Below, in pieces: positions 27,716 to 35,676 of a stretch of DNA of 64,000 nucleotides (positions are counted from its first letter, which is position 1; the number at the start of each line of letters is the position of its first letter). The stretch spans positions 65,383 through 129,382 of the forward strand of contig CAZJVU010000003.1 of assembly GCA_964550035.1 (NCBI GenBank), in the 5' to 3' direction. Origin of the DNA: an uncultured Candidatus Saccharibacteria bacterium. Lineage in GTDB: Bacteria > Patescibacteriota > Saccharimonadia > Saccharimonadales > EFPC-124. The translations under genes and the position numbers were made by a program. The notes under the pieces were generated by a model. That model was not told the origin of the DNA, did no database searches, and was given only the letters and a program-made list of their open reading frames with translations.

Positions 27716-28960
27716 ATGCGAATACGAACTATTATTCTTAGCCTACTAACTATCACGACACTTGTAGTGGGCACTATCGCACCAAGCGTATCTGCCCAAA
27801 CCGATACATGGGGAGATTATTCTCAGATGTTCAAACAGAGCGCCGGACAATTCTTTAGCGGTGCCGACTACGGTGGCCAATGGGGCTGGACGCCTCAAAG
27901 CAGTACTACCAGCGACATCTCATGGTCGCCAAATTATGCCGAGCGTTTTATCAAGTCTGACAATTGGGTACTGCTTGATGGCTACAACAATGGGCCGGGC
28001 ACCGCAATCACGCAAGTTCAACGAGTAACTTCTGAGCAAATGGGCGACGCCAACTGTAATGGTATGACCGACCTGCCTTCTGCAAATGGCATGCAGCATT
28101 ACGCGCAGTGGAACATTCCGGCCTCGGGTTACTGCCTGGATGCAACCGGTACAATTACCTCGCCTACCAACGGTACGACCGTGAACTTCCGCCACCGTCA
28201 GCAGTGGAGCCCGCCTGCGGCATGTTCAAACGCGACCTTTACAGGCAAGACATGCATCAGTCAGCACGAACAGTGGTGGGACGACAATGGCCACCCATAC
28301 GGTTTGCAGCTAGATCGTTCAGGTTCACTCGCGAAGGGTCTTGGCATGGCCTTTACGATCCAGCAGACATACCCAAGTGCCTGGAATGCTGAGGGCAAGT
28401 TCTATAATCTGTCACTGGACGGAACGACAGCCTGGAGTCCCAGCACGGGGGCTCACCAAATCTATGGCGAAATTGCTAAAAAATGGAAAGCAATGGGAGC
28501 ATTTAATGGCCCCCAAGGCTACCCTACTTCCGATGAAAGCAGTACGCCTAATGGCTCAGCTCGATACAACAACATGCAGAACGGTGGCATTTACTGGTCA
28601 ACCTCTACCGGAGCGCAGGCAGTTTATGGCGCCATCTACCAGAAGTGGGGCCAATACGGTTATGAAACAGGTATTTTAAAACTCCCGACCACAAGTGAAG
28701 CCTCGACTCCAGACGGCGTCGGCCGCTACAATCATTTTCAAGGCGAGAATGGCTCTATATACTGGACCCCTTCTACCGGGGCACACGTGATACAGGGGAT
28801 GATCAAGTCGCGTTGGGCTGCACTCGGCTGGGAGCGTTCCTACCTGGGTTACCCCACGAGCGATGAGTTTGCAATTTCTGGCGGCCGCCAATCAAACTTC
28901 CAGAACGGCTATATCACATACAATGCTGCGACAGGAAAAGTCACTGACTACCACAAATAG
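27716..28960 (+). CDS. Secreted protein with C-terminal LGFP repeats
   Basis: Signal peptide (MRIRTIILSLL...SVSAQ); 3-4 tandem LGFP-type repeats (G.LGYPTSDE...G.YW/ITY...TG); the extension to 27608 overlaps the tRNA. Confidence 0.8.
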   Translation: MRIRTIILSLLTITTLVVGTIAPSVSAQTDTWGDYSQMFKQSAGQFFSGADYGGQWGWTPQSSTTSDISWSPNYAERFIKSDNWVLLDGYNNGPGTAITQVQRVTSEQMGDANCNGMTDLPSANGMQHYAQWNIPASGYCLDATGTITSPTNGTTVNFRHRQQWSPPAACSNATFTGKTCISQHEQWWDDNGHPYGLQLDRSGSLAKGLGMAFTIQQTYPSAWNAEGKFYNLSLDGTTAWSPSTGAHQIYGEIAKKWKAMGAFNGPQGYPTSDESSTPNGSARYNNMQNGGIYWSTSTGAQAVYGAIYQKWGQYGYETGILKLPTTSEASTPDGVGRYNHFQGENGSIYWTPSTGAHVIQGMIKSRWAALGWERSYLGYPTSDEFAISGGRQSNFQNGYITYNAATGKVTDYHK

Positions 28961-29025
28961 CTACGGTTTCGATCCCCCTAGATACTTTTCAGCCAGGAGC
29001 ACCGCTCTAGCTTTTTGGACTACAG

Positions 29026-29055
29026 TACTATAATCGCCCAGGGGAGATTATAGTA
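29026..29055. promoter_or_regulatory. Perfect 10-bp inverted repeat overlapping a TATAAT box
   Basis: tactataatc-N10-gattatagta, ~30 nt upstream of ATG 29083. Confidence 0.5.
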
Positions 29056-29082
29056 CGTAAGCAATCCTTGGAGGTTACCAGG

Positions 29083-29736
29083 ATGGTTGATTTGCTCGCC
29101 TTGGCCGACTCACTTATGAAGGTCAGAGAGGTCAAAGACTTGTTGCTCCAGGAGCGGCTGGAGATAATGATCGAGTTTCTCAAAAAGGTTGGCGAAGTTC
29201 AAATAAAGACTGCCATCGACGAGCTACACGACTTGCCGCGCAGCACGCAACCGGAAAAAGAATGTGACCGTGCTATCGGCCACCTGAAGGTAGCGGCGAA
29301 CGCACTCGTCATGTCGCTTAAAAAGCGCCCACTTCTACGGCGCGCCGCAGGGTTCGATAAAAAGCGCACGATGCGAACCTATCGGCAAATTGCCGGCTGC
29401 TACCTGATAATCACCGTACTGTACCGATGCCAGCAAAATACGCAGCTGGCCGCAGAGTACGCTGACAGAACCCTAACGGCGTTCGAGGGGTGCGCCTCGA
29501 TCCGGACGCTCATGCTGTCGAGAGAATACGGGCTGCGGTTTACGTGCAATGGCGGTACCGATCAAGCGCCGACGATTGCCGTTATCGATTGCCCAGAACT
29601 CCGGACACTCATGGCGCGTTATAAACTTCCGGGGCTACCTGACGAAACGACTTTCGGCAGAATCGCGAACGCCCAAGTAAATGAAGAGCGTATGCGTTTG
29701 CTCGGCTGGCTCAATCAGCGCAAGCAACTCCCCTAG
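29083..29736 (+). CDS. Hypothetical protein (helical)
   Basis: ATG 29083 after GGAGG; hairpin ccccggatg/catccgggg at 29749-29785. Confidence 0.55.
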   Translation: MVDLLALADSLMKVREVKDLLLQERLEIMIEFLKKVGEVQIKTAIDELHDLPRSTQPEKECDRAIGHLKVAANALVMSLKKRPLLRRAAGFDKKRTMRTYRQIAGCYLIITVLYRCQQNTQLAAEYADRTLTAFEGCASIRTLMLSREYGLRFTCNGGTDQAPTIAVIDCPELRTLMARYKLPGLPDETTFGRIANAQVNEERMRLLGWLNQRKQLP

Positions 29737-29815
29737 CACCAGTGACCCCGGATGTCGCCGTGAACGAGCGGCATCCGGGGTCCGAATCCGAACAATTTGG
29801 AAGCTTTTGTGTTCG

Positions 29816-30877
29816 TTATCCGATAACCGCAGGGACAAGCGGATATGGAATCGACGAGCCAACAACCGGCGGCTCTTCGTACGCTCCGCGAGCTAGCCCT
29901 AGTCGCGCAATTCTGTTAATCATCTCCTCGTAACCTAAGCCAATGTTCAGCTCGCAGGCCTTCGGGAAGGAGCCGTATCCGCTGATGAGGCTCGGTAGCA
30001 AGTTGGCTTCGAGGAAATGCGCTTCACCAAACTCGTCTAGCCGAATGTCAATCCGCCCGTAGTCTTCCCCACCTAAAGCATGAAACACGCCAACAGCGAG
30101 GGCGCATATACGTGCCTTGAGTGCCTGGTCAGTTACCATGCTGACGACCTCTGTGTTTGATGATTTCACTTCTGCACTCAGAAGGCGTGACCCATTATCA
30201 TCCTGCGCGGCAACGAGTTCGAGTGGCATGGCTATATATTCAGCCGTTGGCTCGTCTTTGAGGATGGCCACGCTAAACTCGCGGCCGGATAAGTACTTCT
30301 CTATGAGTGCATCAGAATCGAGATCGGTAAAGATCGATGCTATTTTTGACTGCAACGCTGGGAAGTTACGCACAACCGAATTACTGTCTATACCCAAACC
30401 ACCGCCTCTATTCGTGGGCTTAACGAACAATGGATAATCAAATACTGAGTCTTCGGCAATTGGAGCCTCACCAACAGTCGCCACCATGTACTGCGATGTC
30501 TTCAGGCCTGATTCCAGCACGCGCCGCTTGGCACGTGGTTTATCCAGCTCGACATTGTGAGCTTCATGGCCGGAGCCCGTGTAGGCAATCCCGTGGCTGC
30601 GGAGGTAGTGAGCTAACCAGATTTTTTGAGGATCCTGCAGCCCCAAGTGTAGATTGCGCGGAATGAACTTCATGCCCAGAAACACCAGGTCTGGCTTTTT
30701 GCGAACCAGCTCAGCGAGATCATCCATGTCATTGACGATGGTGATGCCCACGCGTGTGTAGCGCTTTGTAAGGACAGCAAGAATAGCATCGCGCGACTCC
30801 TTGCTCATGGAGCTCAGACTGACGATGGTTGAGGAAACAATTTCAATATGCTTATCGATTTTCATTTTACTGGGCAC
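29816..30877 (-). CDS. ATP-grasp ligase, D-Ala-D-Ala ligase-like
   Basis: DYPLFVKPTNRGGGLGI..., EKYLSGREFSVAIL, GRIDIRLDEFGEAHFLEANLLPSL (Ddl-type C-terminal ATP-grasp); atypical N-terminus. Confidence 0.78.
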   Translation of the reverse strand: MPSKMKIDKHIEIVSSTIVSLSSMSKESRDAILAVLTKRYTRVGITIVNDMDDLAELVRKKPDLVFLGMKFIPRNLHLGLQDPQKIWLAHYLRSHGIAYTGSGHEAHNVELDKPRAKRRVLESGLKTSQYMVATVGEAPIAEDSVFDYPLFVKPTNRGGGLGIDSNSVVRNFPALQSKIASIFTDLDSDALIEKYLSGREFSVAILKDEPTAEYIAMPLELVAAQDDNGSRLLSAEVKSSNTEVVSMVTDQALKARICALAVGVFHALGGEDYGRIDIRLDEFGEAHFLEANLLPSLISGYGSFPKACELNIGLGYEEMINRIARLGLARGAYEEPPVVGSSIPYPLVPAVIG

Positions 30878-31096
30878 TCAGAGGTCGGCCGTGCGTTGGG
30901 TCGCTTCGGCTGCCTAAATTATTAGTTAGTATCTCAGCATTAATATTGTCTGACCGCGATACTAGGAAGCCGAAGAAGGGTTCGTAAAGATTACGGAGAG
31001 GTTATAGAAACCACATGAGTATCTTTAGTCTATCACAAAAAACACTATTATAATACTCCTACGTATTTATCAAGCGTGATTCGCTTGTCTCTAGAC

Positions 31097-32272
31097 TTAG
31101 CTATATATGTGCTCACGGGTGAGCGGAGCGTCGTTTTGCGGACCTTTTGTAAACACATACTGCGATAAATCGAGTTGCCCATATCGGAAGCTCGAAGCCG
31201 AACATGCGAGCCATGCATGCCACATACGATAAAACTTCTCATCAAACATCTTTTCGATTTGTGGTTTGTGCTGCTCGTAACGCCGCATCCATTCCTCCAA
31301 GGTCATGGCGTAGTGAATGCGAAGGTTTTCGTAATCGACCAGTCGGAAATTATGATTCGGGAGCGCTTTGACAATCTCTCGATTCGAAGGAATATAACCG
31401 CCCGGGAAAATGTACTTATCGATCCACGGGTCATTAGGCTGCTCGGTCTGCTGGGTTATGCTATGGAGCACGGAAAGGCCGTTCGGTTTTAAGAGTTGGT
31501 CAACCGCCTTGTAGTAGTTATAGTGATTGCCCTTGCCGACATGCTCGAACATGCCAACGCTGACGATACGGTCGAACTGCAGGCCGCGCTTTGGCAGGTC
31601 TTGGTAATTAGCGAGCTCGAAGGTGATCTTATCTGCCACGCCGGCCTTTTTGGCCATGGCGGTTGCGTAGGCGAGCTGTTCTTTACTGAGGGTGACACCG
31701 TGTCCAGTCACGCCATATTTTTTGGCAGTGGTTATGAGTAGCGTCCCCCACCCCGATCCAATATCCAGCAGGGTCTGTCCTTTGCTAAGTTGGAGCTTTT
31801 TCAGAATGTGCTGAACCTTTTGCTCCTGTGCGGTTTCCAAGGAATCCTTTGGCGTGCGGAAGTAAGCGCAGCTATACGTCATGCTCTTGTCGAGCCACAG
31901 TTTGTAAAAATCATTGCCAATATCGTAGTGATGGGCAATATATGAGCGCTGTTTCTTTGTGACATTTTTGCGAAGCCGTGTCAGCGATACGAGTTTGTTG
32001 AGCCCAGCAAATGCCTCCTGGTTTTCTGCCAAGAGCTGGACCGGACCTTCGAGGTCGCCCTCGACCTCGATAAGGCCTTCGGCGTACGACTCGCCAAACC
32101 CAAGCGATAGGTTTTTTAAAATTCGCCGAATAGCCTTGGGGCTTTTTATATGCAGGTGGTAGTAAGGTTTCTCTGGGCCAAACGTGCAGGTATCTCCGTC
32201 CCAGTAGGTTACGCGGACTCCCCCGTGTTTGATGTGTCCAAGGATTGCATTAAGGAGATTTTTTTCTATCAT
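31097..32272 (-). CDS. cfa: Cyclopropane-fatty-acyl-phospholipid synthase family methyltransferase
   Basis: CMAS family: SAM motif LLDIGSGWGTL, FDRIVSVGMFEHVG; start taken at MIEKNLL (32272). The in-frame extension to 32401 is judged non-coding. Confidence 0.88.
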   Translation of the reverse strand: MIEKNLLNAILGHIKHGGVRVTYWDGDTCTFGPEKPYYHLHIKSPKAIRRILKNLSLGFGESYAEGLIEVEGDLEGPVQLLAENQEAFAGLNKLVSLTRLRKNVTKKQRSYIAHHYDIGNDFYKLWLDKSMTYSCAYFRTPKDSLETAQEQKVQHILKKLQLSKGQTLLDIGSGWGTLLITTAKKYGVTGHGVTLSKEQLAYATAMAKKAGVADKITFELANYQDLPKRGLQFDRIVSVGMFEHVGKGNHYNYYKAVDQLLKPNGLSVLHSITQQTEQPNDPWIDKYIFPGGYIPSNREIVKALPNHNFRLVDYENLRIHYAMTLEEWMRRYEQHKPQIEKMFDEKFYRMWHAWLACSASSFRYGQLDLSQYVFTKGPQNDAPLTREHIYS

Positions 32273-32454
32273 ACTGAAATCATACTGCAAATGGGCACTC
32301 TGCGTCACTCCCGCCTGAGCTTGTCGACAGCTTGCAGCACTTCGCCAGGTCGGTCGGGTGCGCTCAGCCGTAAAGTCCGTCACCAGCACCAGACAGAGCA
32401 TCTGCCCGCCAGACTAGCAGTTTGGGCTAATGGTTCGAGGTCTTTTCTTGCGCT

Positions 32455-32509
32455 TATCGTTTCGTCCTTGACGGGACTCATCAGAATGACGAACAAGTCA
32501 TTGACGATA
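32455..32509 (-). ncRNA. Type III hammerhead self-cleaving ribozyme
   Basis: Minus strand: UAUCGUC|AAUGAC-UUGUUC-GUCAUU-CUGAUGA-GUCC-CGUCAA-GGAC-GAA-ACGAUA. Complete conserved core, three stems, GUC cleavage triplet. Confidence 0.88.
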
Positions 32510-32519
32510 GTCAGCCCGG

Positions 32520-32552
32520 GGGTGACCTGCGGCACAGGCCGGCAGGTCACCC
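32520..32552 (-). terminator. GC-rich hairpin 3' of gene 32559-32900
   Basis: gggtgacctgc / gcaggtcaccc, 11-bp stem; 10 nt upstream (in RNA sense) of the hammerhead. Confidence 0.6.
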
Positions 32553-32558
32553 TTTTCA

Positions 32559-32900
32559 TCATGCGAACTTCCGCAGGGCTTTGGCCATCTCTTTGTCCAT
32601 CGTGGACTCCGAGTTGGTCAGCTTCTCGATGAGAGCCGCCCAGGCCAAGGGGTCGCGGGTGGAACCCAGAGTGGCGTGGCGAAGCGCCATCTCCATGTCG
32701 GCGGCGGAAGCGCTTCTGGTGCGGCTAGAGAGCGCCTTAGCGAAGGCCTCGAACTGGGCCTTGCAGGCGAGAAGTTCTCCCCCGACCTCGAAGTCGAGAT
32801 TGATGTCCTCGCACCGCTGGCACAGCTCCTTCAGCTGCAGCATGCCCGCCGAAGCCTTCAGGCCGCGGGCGAAGAGGCTGAGCAGAGTGACGTCGGTCAT
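32559..32900 (-). CDS. Hypothetical helical protein (GC-rich orphan)
   Basis: 113 aa; own TTGACT-17-TATAAT promoter; AAAGG SD. Confidence 0.55.
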   Translation of the reverse strand: MTDVTLLSLFARGLKASAGMLQLKELCQRCEDINLDFEVGGELLACKAQFEAFAKALSSRTRSASAADMEMALRHATLGSTRDPLAWAALIEKLTNSESTMDKEMAKALRKFA

Positions 32901-32975
32901 GAGACACTACCTTTCACATGATTGGGCTGTTAAGGTGTACCCAGGAAAAGTGTTACTACCCCGAATACAACGAAT

Positions 32976-33004
32976 ATTATATCATTTCTAAGTAAATAAG
33001 TCAA
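32976..33004 (-). promoter_or_regulatory. Sigma70-type promoter for 32559-32900
   Basis: Minus strand TTGACT-17 nt-TATAAT (extended TGaTATAAT). Confidence 0.6.
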
Positions 33005-33143
33005 GTATATATAACCGGAATAGACTCTCTTCGATTGCCCCAAGCTCTCTGTGTGGATCGCCTTGGCCTAAAGGGCATATGCGCACCTGACGTAACTCGA
33101 GTACCCTGAGCAAAAAGCTAGTAGTGTTCCTGTCGTGTAAGTA

Positions 33144-33800
33144 CTACCGCGTCAAACCTAGCGTCAGGCCATCTACAGCTCGAAGAACCTCATCTGTACT
33201 CACGCGTGCGTGGTTGAGCCCATCACCGGAATAGTAACTCTCGTGCGGATTATCACCGGTCATACGGGGGAGAGCCGCCCACTCCTGAGCAAGATTGGCC
33301 GCGAACTCCTCACGAGTGATCTTGCGCTGCACAAACGCATGCGAACCGCGCCGGTCGATGAGTGCGCGAGCCAAGCGGTCTTGCAGCGCGGGGTCAAATG
33401 TCGCGTGTGGGCTGATGCTTAGCTGCTTTACGAGCCCCGCAAGCGTCGTGCCCATGAACTGATATCGTCCGACTGCGTTGCTCGCATTTCCCTGGCGGAT
33501 ATACTCTTGCTGCCACTGCATAACCTCCGCAACAGTCATGCGCGTAAACGGCACCTCTGAGCTAGCGGTGCGGCCAAAATATGCGTTGTAGTTGCCGCCG
33601 CTCTCGCCTTTGGCAATGGTATCGAGAAGCGGCTGGTAGGCGGATGCGTCAATCATTGGTCGTGTTCCTTGTAGTGTGATTATAAAGACAATACAGGCCG
33701 CGACGGTCAGCCCTAGAATGCGGCGTTTTCTGCGGGTGAGTTTCCGCCACACGCGCTTTGCTTTTTTGTAGAGTAGTCGTACACGCTTTTCCATAGCCAA
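33144..33800 (-). CDS. Membrane-anchored lambda-lysozyme-like (GH104-type) muramidase/lytic transglycosylase
   Basis: N-terminal Arg/Lys-rich segment plus TM; AKGESGGNYNA (catalytic Glu context) and VGRYQF motif as in phage lambda R. Confidence 0.7.
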   Translation of the reverse strand: MAMEKRVRLLYKKAKRVWRKLTRRKRRILGLTVAACIVFIITLQGTRPMIDASAYQPLLDTIAKGESGGNYNAYFGRTASSEVPFTRMTVAEVMQWQQEYIRQGNASNAVGRYQFMGTTLAGLVKQLSISPHATFDPALQDRLARALIDRRGSHAFVQRKITREEFAANLAQEWAALPRMTGDNPHESYYSGDGLNHARVSTDEVLRAVDGLTLGLTR

Positions 33801-33847
33801 CCACTAGCTTAGCAAGAAGTACGAGGTGTCGCCATGATGTTTATAAA

Positions 33848-33876
33848 TTGACATAATAATATTTTAATGCTACAGT
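33848..33876 (+). promoter_or_regulatory. Sigma70-type promoter for 33913-34164
   Basis: TTGACA-17 nt-TACAGT followed by ATATAT. Confidence 0.6.
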
Positions 33877-33912
33877 ATATATCAAGCTGAACTACTCACC
33901 GAGGAGAGCATC

Positions 33913-34164
33913 ATGAGCGGTTTCAAGGTGGTCAACACCACCCGCAAGGGCAACCTGGTCGCGCTCGAGCTCCGGCACGACGGCCAGATCCCGACGATCG
34001 TGCGGGAGCACCTGCGCGGGCACGACGACGTCCTGCGCGTGGTTCCGGGCAACAACCCCACCAAGCTCTTCGTCCTCACGGCCGTCTCCGGCCACGCGAG
34101 GAACAACGAGCAGCGAGCGGCGTTCGTCGACAGCCTCAGCCAGACGGCCAACGCCGCGGCGTAA
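33913..34164 (+). CDS. Hypothetical protein (GC-rich orphan)
   Basis: 83 aa; GAGGAGAG SD; imperfect long GC hairpin downstream. Confidence 0.5.
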   Translation: MSGFKVVNTTRKGNLVALELRHDGQIPTIVREHLRGHDDVLRVVPGNNPTKLFVLTAVSGHARNNEQRAAFVDSLSQTANAAA

Positions 34165-34280
34165 CAGCCTCGCGCCCCAGCACACGGAAAGCTCCGTGCC
34201 TGCGGGCGCGGGGCTTTTCTCATCTAGTATCCCAATGAAGCGTCCCGGCCAGTTACCCGGCCGGGGTCGCTCCTGTATGC

Positions 34281-34721
34281 TCAGTAGATGTACTTGAAGG
34301 TGATGGCTGGCGCCGTTCGGGATGCAACGCGGTTCCAGCCGCTCTGGCCATCCATCTCGGTGATGATCACGAGGGCGTAGTCGATAGTGACGTCTTCGAC
34401 GATGGCAACTTGACCGTTCGTACCGCGATCGGTCCAGGCGATAGCGCCCTTTCGAGGCGCATCGCCAACTGCGTAGCCGGATTGCTGAGCGCGGTCGTAC
34501 CAGTACCTGGCGTCGCCCCAATTGGGCGGCACCTTCCGGCGCGATGCGACGTAGTAGGTACCAGAGCCGTACTCGTAGCCGTTGGCAGCATCGGAGCCCA
34601 CCGTCGTCGTGGTCGATGGGGCATTTGTGGTTGGCTGTACCCCCGAAGGTTGCGCCGAACATGCGGGTACGACCAGAACAAGTGCGACCATGCACCGTAA
34701 GAACAAACGTTTCGCCCTCAT
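34281..34721 (-). CDS. Lipoprotein with CHAP-like domain lacking the catalytic Cys and His
   Basis: Lipobox LVVPAC|S. CHAP-like layout: YGSGTYYVASRR (expected GQCTWYV) ... P.KGAIAW...NGQVAIVEDV (expected GHVAIVE). Confidence 0.65.
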   Translation of the reverse strand: MRAKRLFLRCMVALVLVVPACSAQPSGVQPTTNAPSTTTTVGSDAANGYEYGSGTYYVASRRKVPPNWGDARYWYDRAQQSGYAVGDAPRKGAIAWTDRGTNGQVAIVEDVTIDYALVIITEMDGQSGWNRVASRTAPAITFKYIY

Positions 34722-34896
34722 TACACCATCCTCACGTAGCGGAAACAGGAGCGTCACTTATTATACCGCCCATCACAACAAGGCAGCTATCATAAGTCTA
34801 TGCGCAACGGCGCGCTTGCATGCGTCACCTCCTATAACAGTACATGCAAATAGGGGCCCGAAATTCGAGCCCCTATTTGCATTATCGTTTTACTTT

Positions 34897-35499
34897 TTAA
34901 ATTTCGATCGTACCGATCTTGATGTCACCATTGCGTGCATAGCGATTCATGGTTACGCCACTTGGCGTTACGGTGCTTTGGGTTAGCTTGAATGCGACAG
35001 GCAATGTGCCTTCACCGAACAAACGCTTGCCCGAACCCAGCGTTACTGGAATGATCTTGAGCCATACTTCGTCGACCAAGTCATTCTGAAGAAGCATCTG
35101 CACAAGCTTGCTACTACCCCAAACCTGCAGGTCGGCGCCTTCTGTCTGCTTGAGCGCTTTAATTTGCTCCAGAACGTCATCGCCGGTAATCACCTTCGTA
35201 TTCTTCCAAGTGAACTCTTCTGGCTTGCTCGAAACAACGTATTTCATTCCATCGTTAATGCCCGGCCAAAATTCAGGGTGCTGAGGCCAGTAGCCGGCAA
35301 AGATCTCGTATGTCTTGTAACCCAAGAGGTAGTCCGATGGAGCGAGCTCTTTTGCGAACTCTTCGTTAAAGACGTCATCACCGAATGATCCAGCCCAACC
35401 GCCGTATTTGAAGCCACCCGAAGTGTCTTCTTTCGGACCGCCAGGGCCTTGCATGACACCGTCGAGTGAGACTGTTGTAGTTACGATTATTTTTCTCAT
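34897..35499 (-). CDS. Dihydrofolate reductase-family protein (RibD C-terminal domain), paralog 2
   Basis: MRKIIVTTTVSLDGVMQGPGGP...; 200 aa; terminator gcaaataggggc/gcccctatttgc downstream. Confidence 0.82.
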   Translation of the reverse strand: MRKIIVTTTVSLDGVMQGPGGPKEDTSGGFKYGGWAGSFGDDVFNEEFAKELAPSDYLLGYKTYEIFAGYWPQHPEFWPGINDGMKYVVSSKPEEFTWKNTKVITGDDVLEQIKALKQTEGADLQVWGSSKLVQMLLQNDLVDEVWLKIIPVTLGSGKRLFGEGTLPVAFKLTQSTVTPSGVTMNRYARNGDIKIGTIEI

Positions 35500-35557
35500 A
35501 TTATAGTTTCCTTCCTTATCTTTATATTGCTACTATAGCGAACCGCGAAGTGTGGGT

Positions 35558-35576
35558 ATTGGATATTTTGGACAAT
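35558..35576. promoter_or_regulatory. Conserved 19-nt motif ATTGGATATTTTGGACAAT (copy 1)
   Basis: Identical 19-mer also at 38871-38889; both lie 58-60 nt upstream of paralogous DHFR-family genes. Confidence 0.55.
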
Positions 35577-35676
35577 TGCCTTCGTCACTTACTCGGCAGA
35601 ATTGTTGCATAAACGTTATAATATTTTATAATTATAGACAATCAGTTTGCCTGATTCCTCAACTTGGGAAGGTGAC

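Noticed and set aside
28961-28985. ggtttcgatcccc resembles a tRNA T-arm, possibly an att-site remnant pairing with tRNA-Gln at 27534
   Set aside because: Only ~10 nt of loose similarity to the tRNA-Gln 3' end (ggttcgagtcc), and no integrase. The evidence is insufficient for an integrated element.
32559-32900. Possible Hpt-like motif in the orphan protein (FARGLKASAGMLQLKELCQRCE versus the H-x-x-K-G-x-A-G...L...L pattern)
   Set aside because: The motif sits at residue ~12, with no preceding helices as in real Hpt bundles, and the His is an Arg. The evidence is too weak without a profile search.
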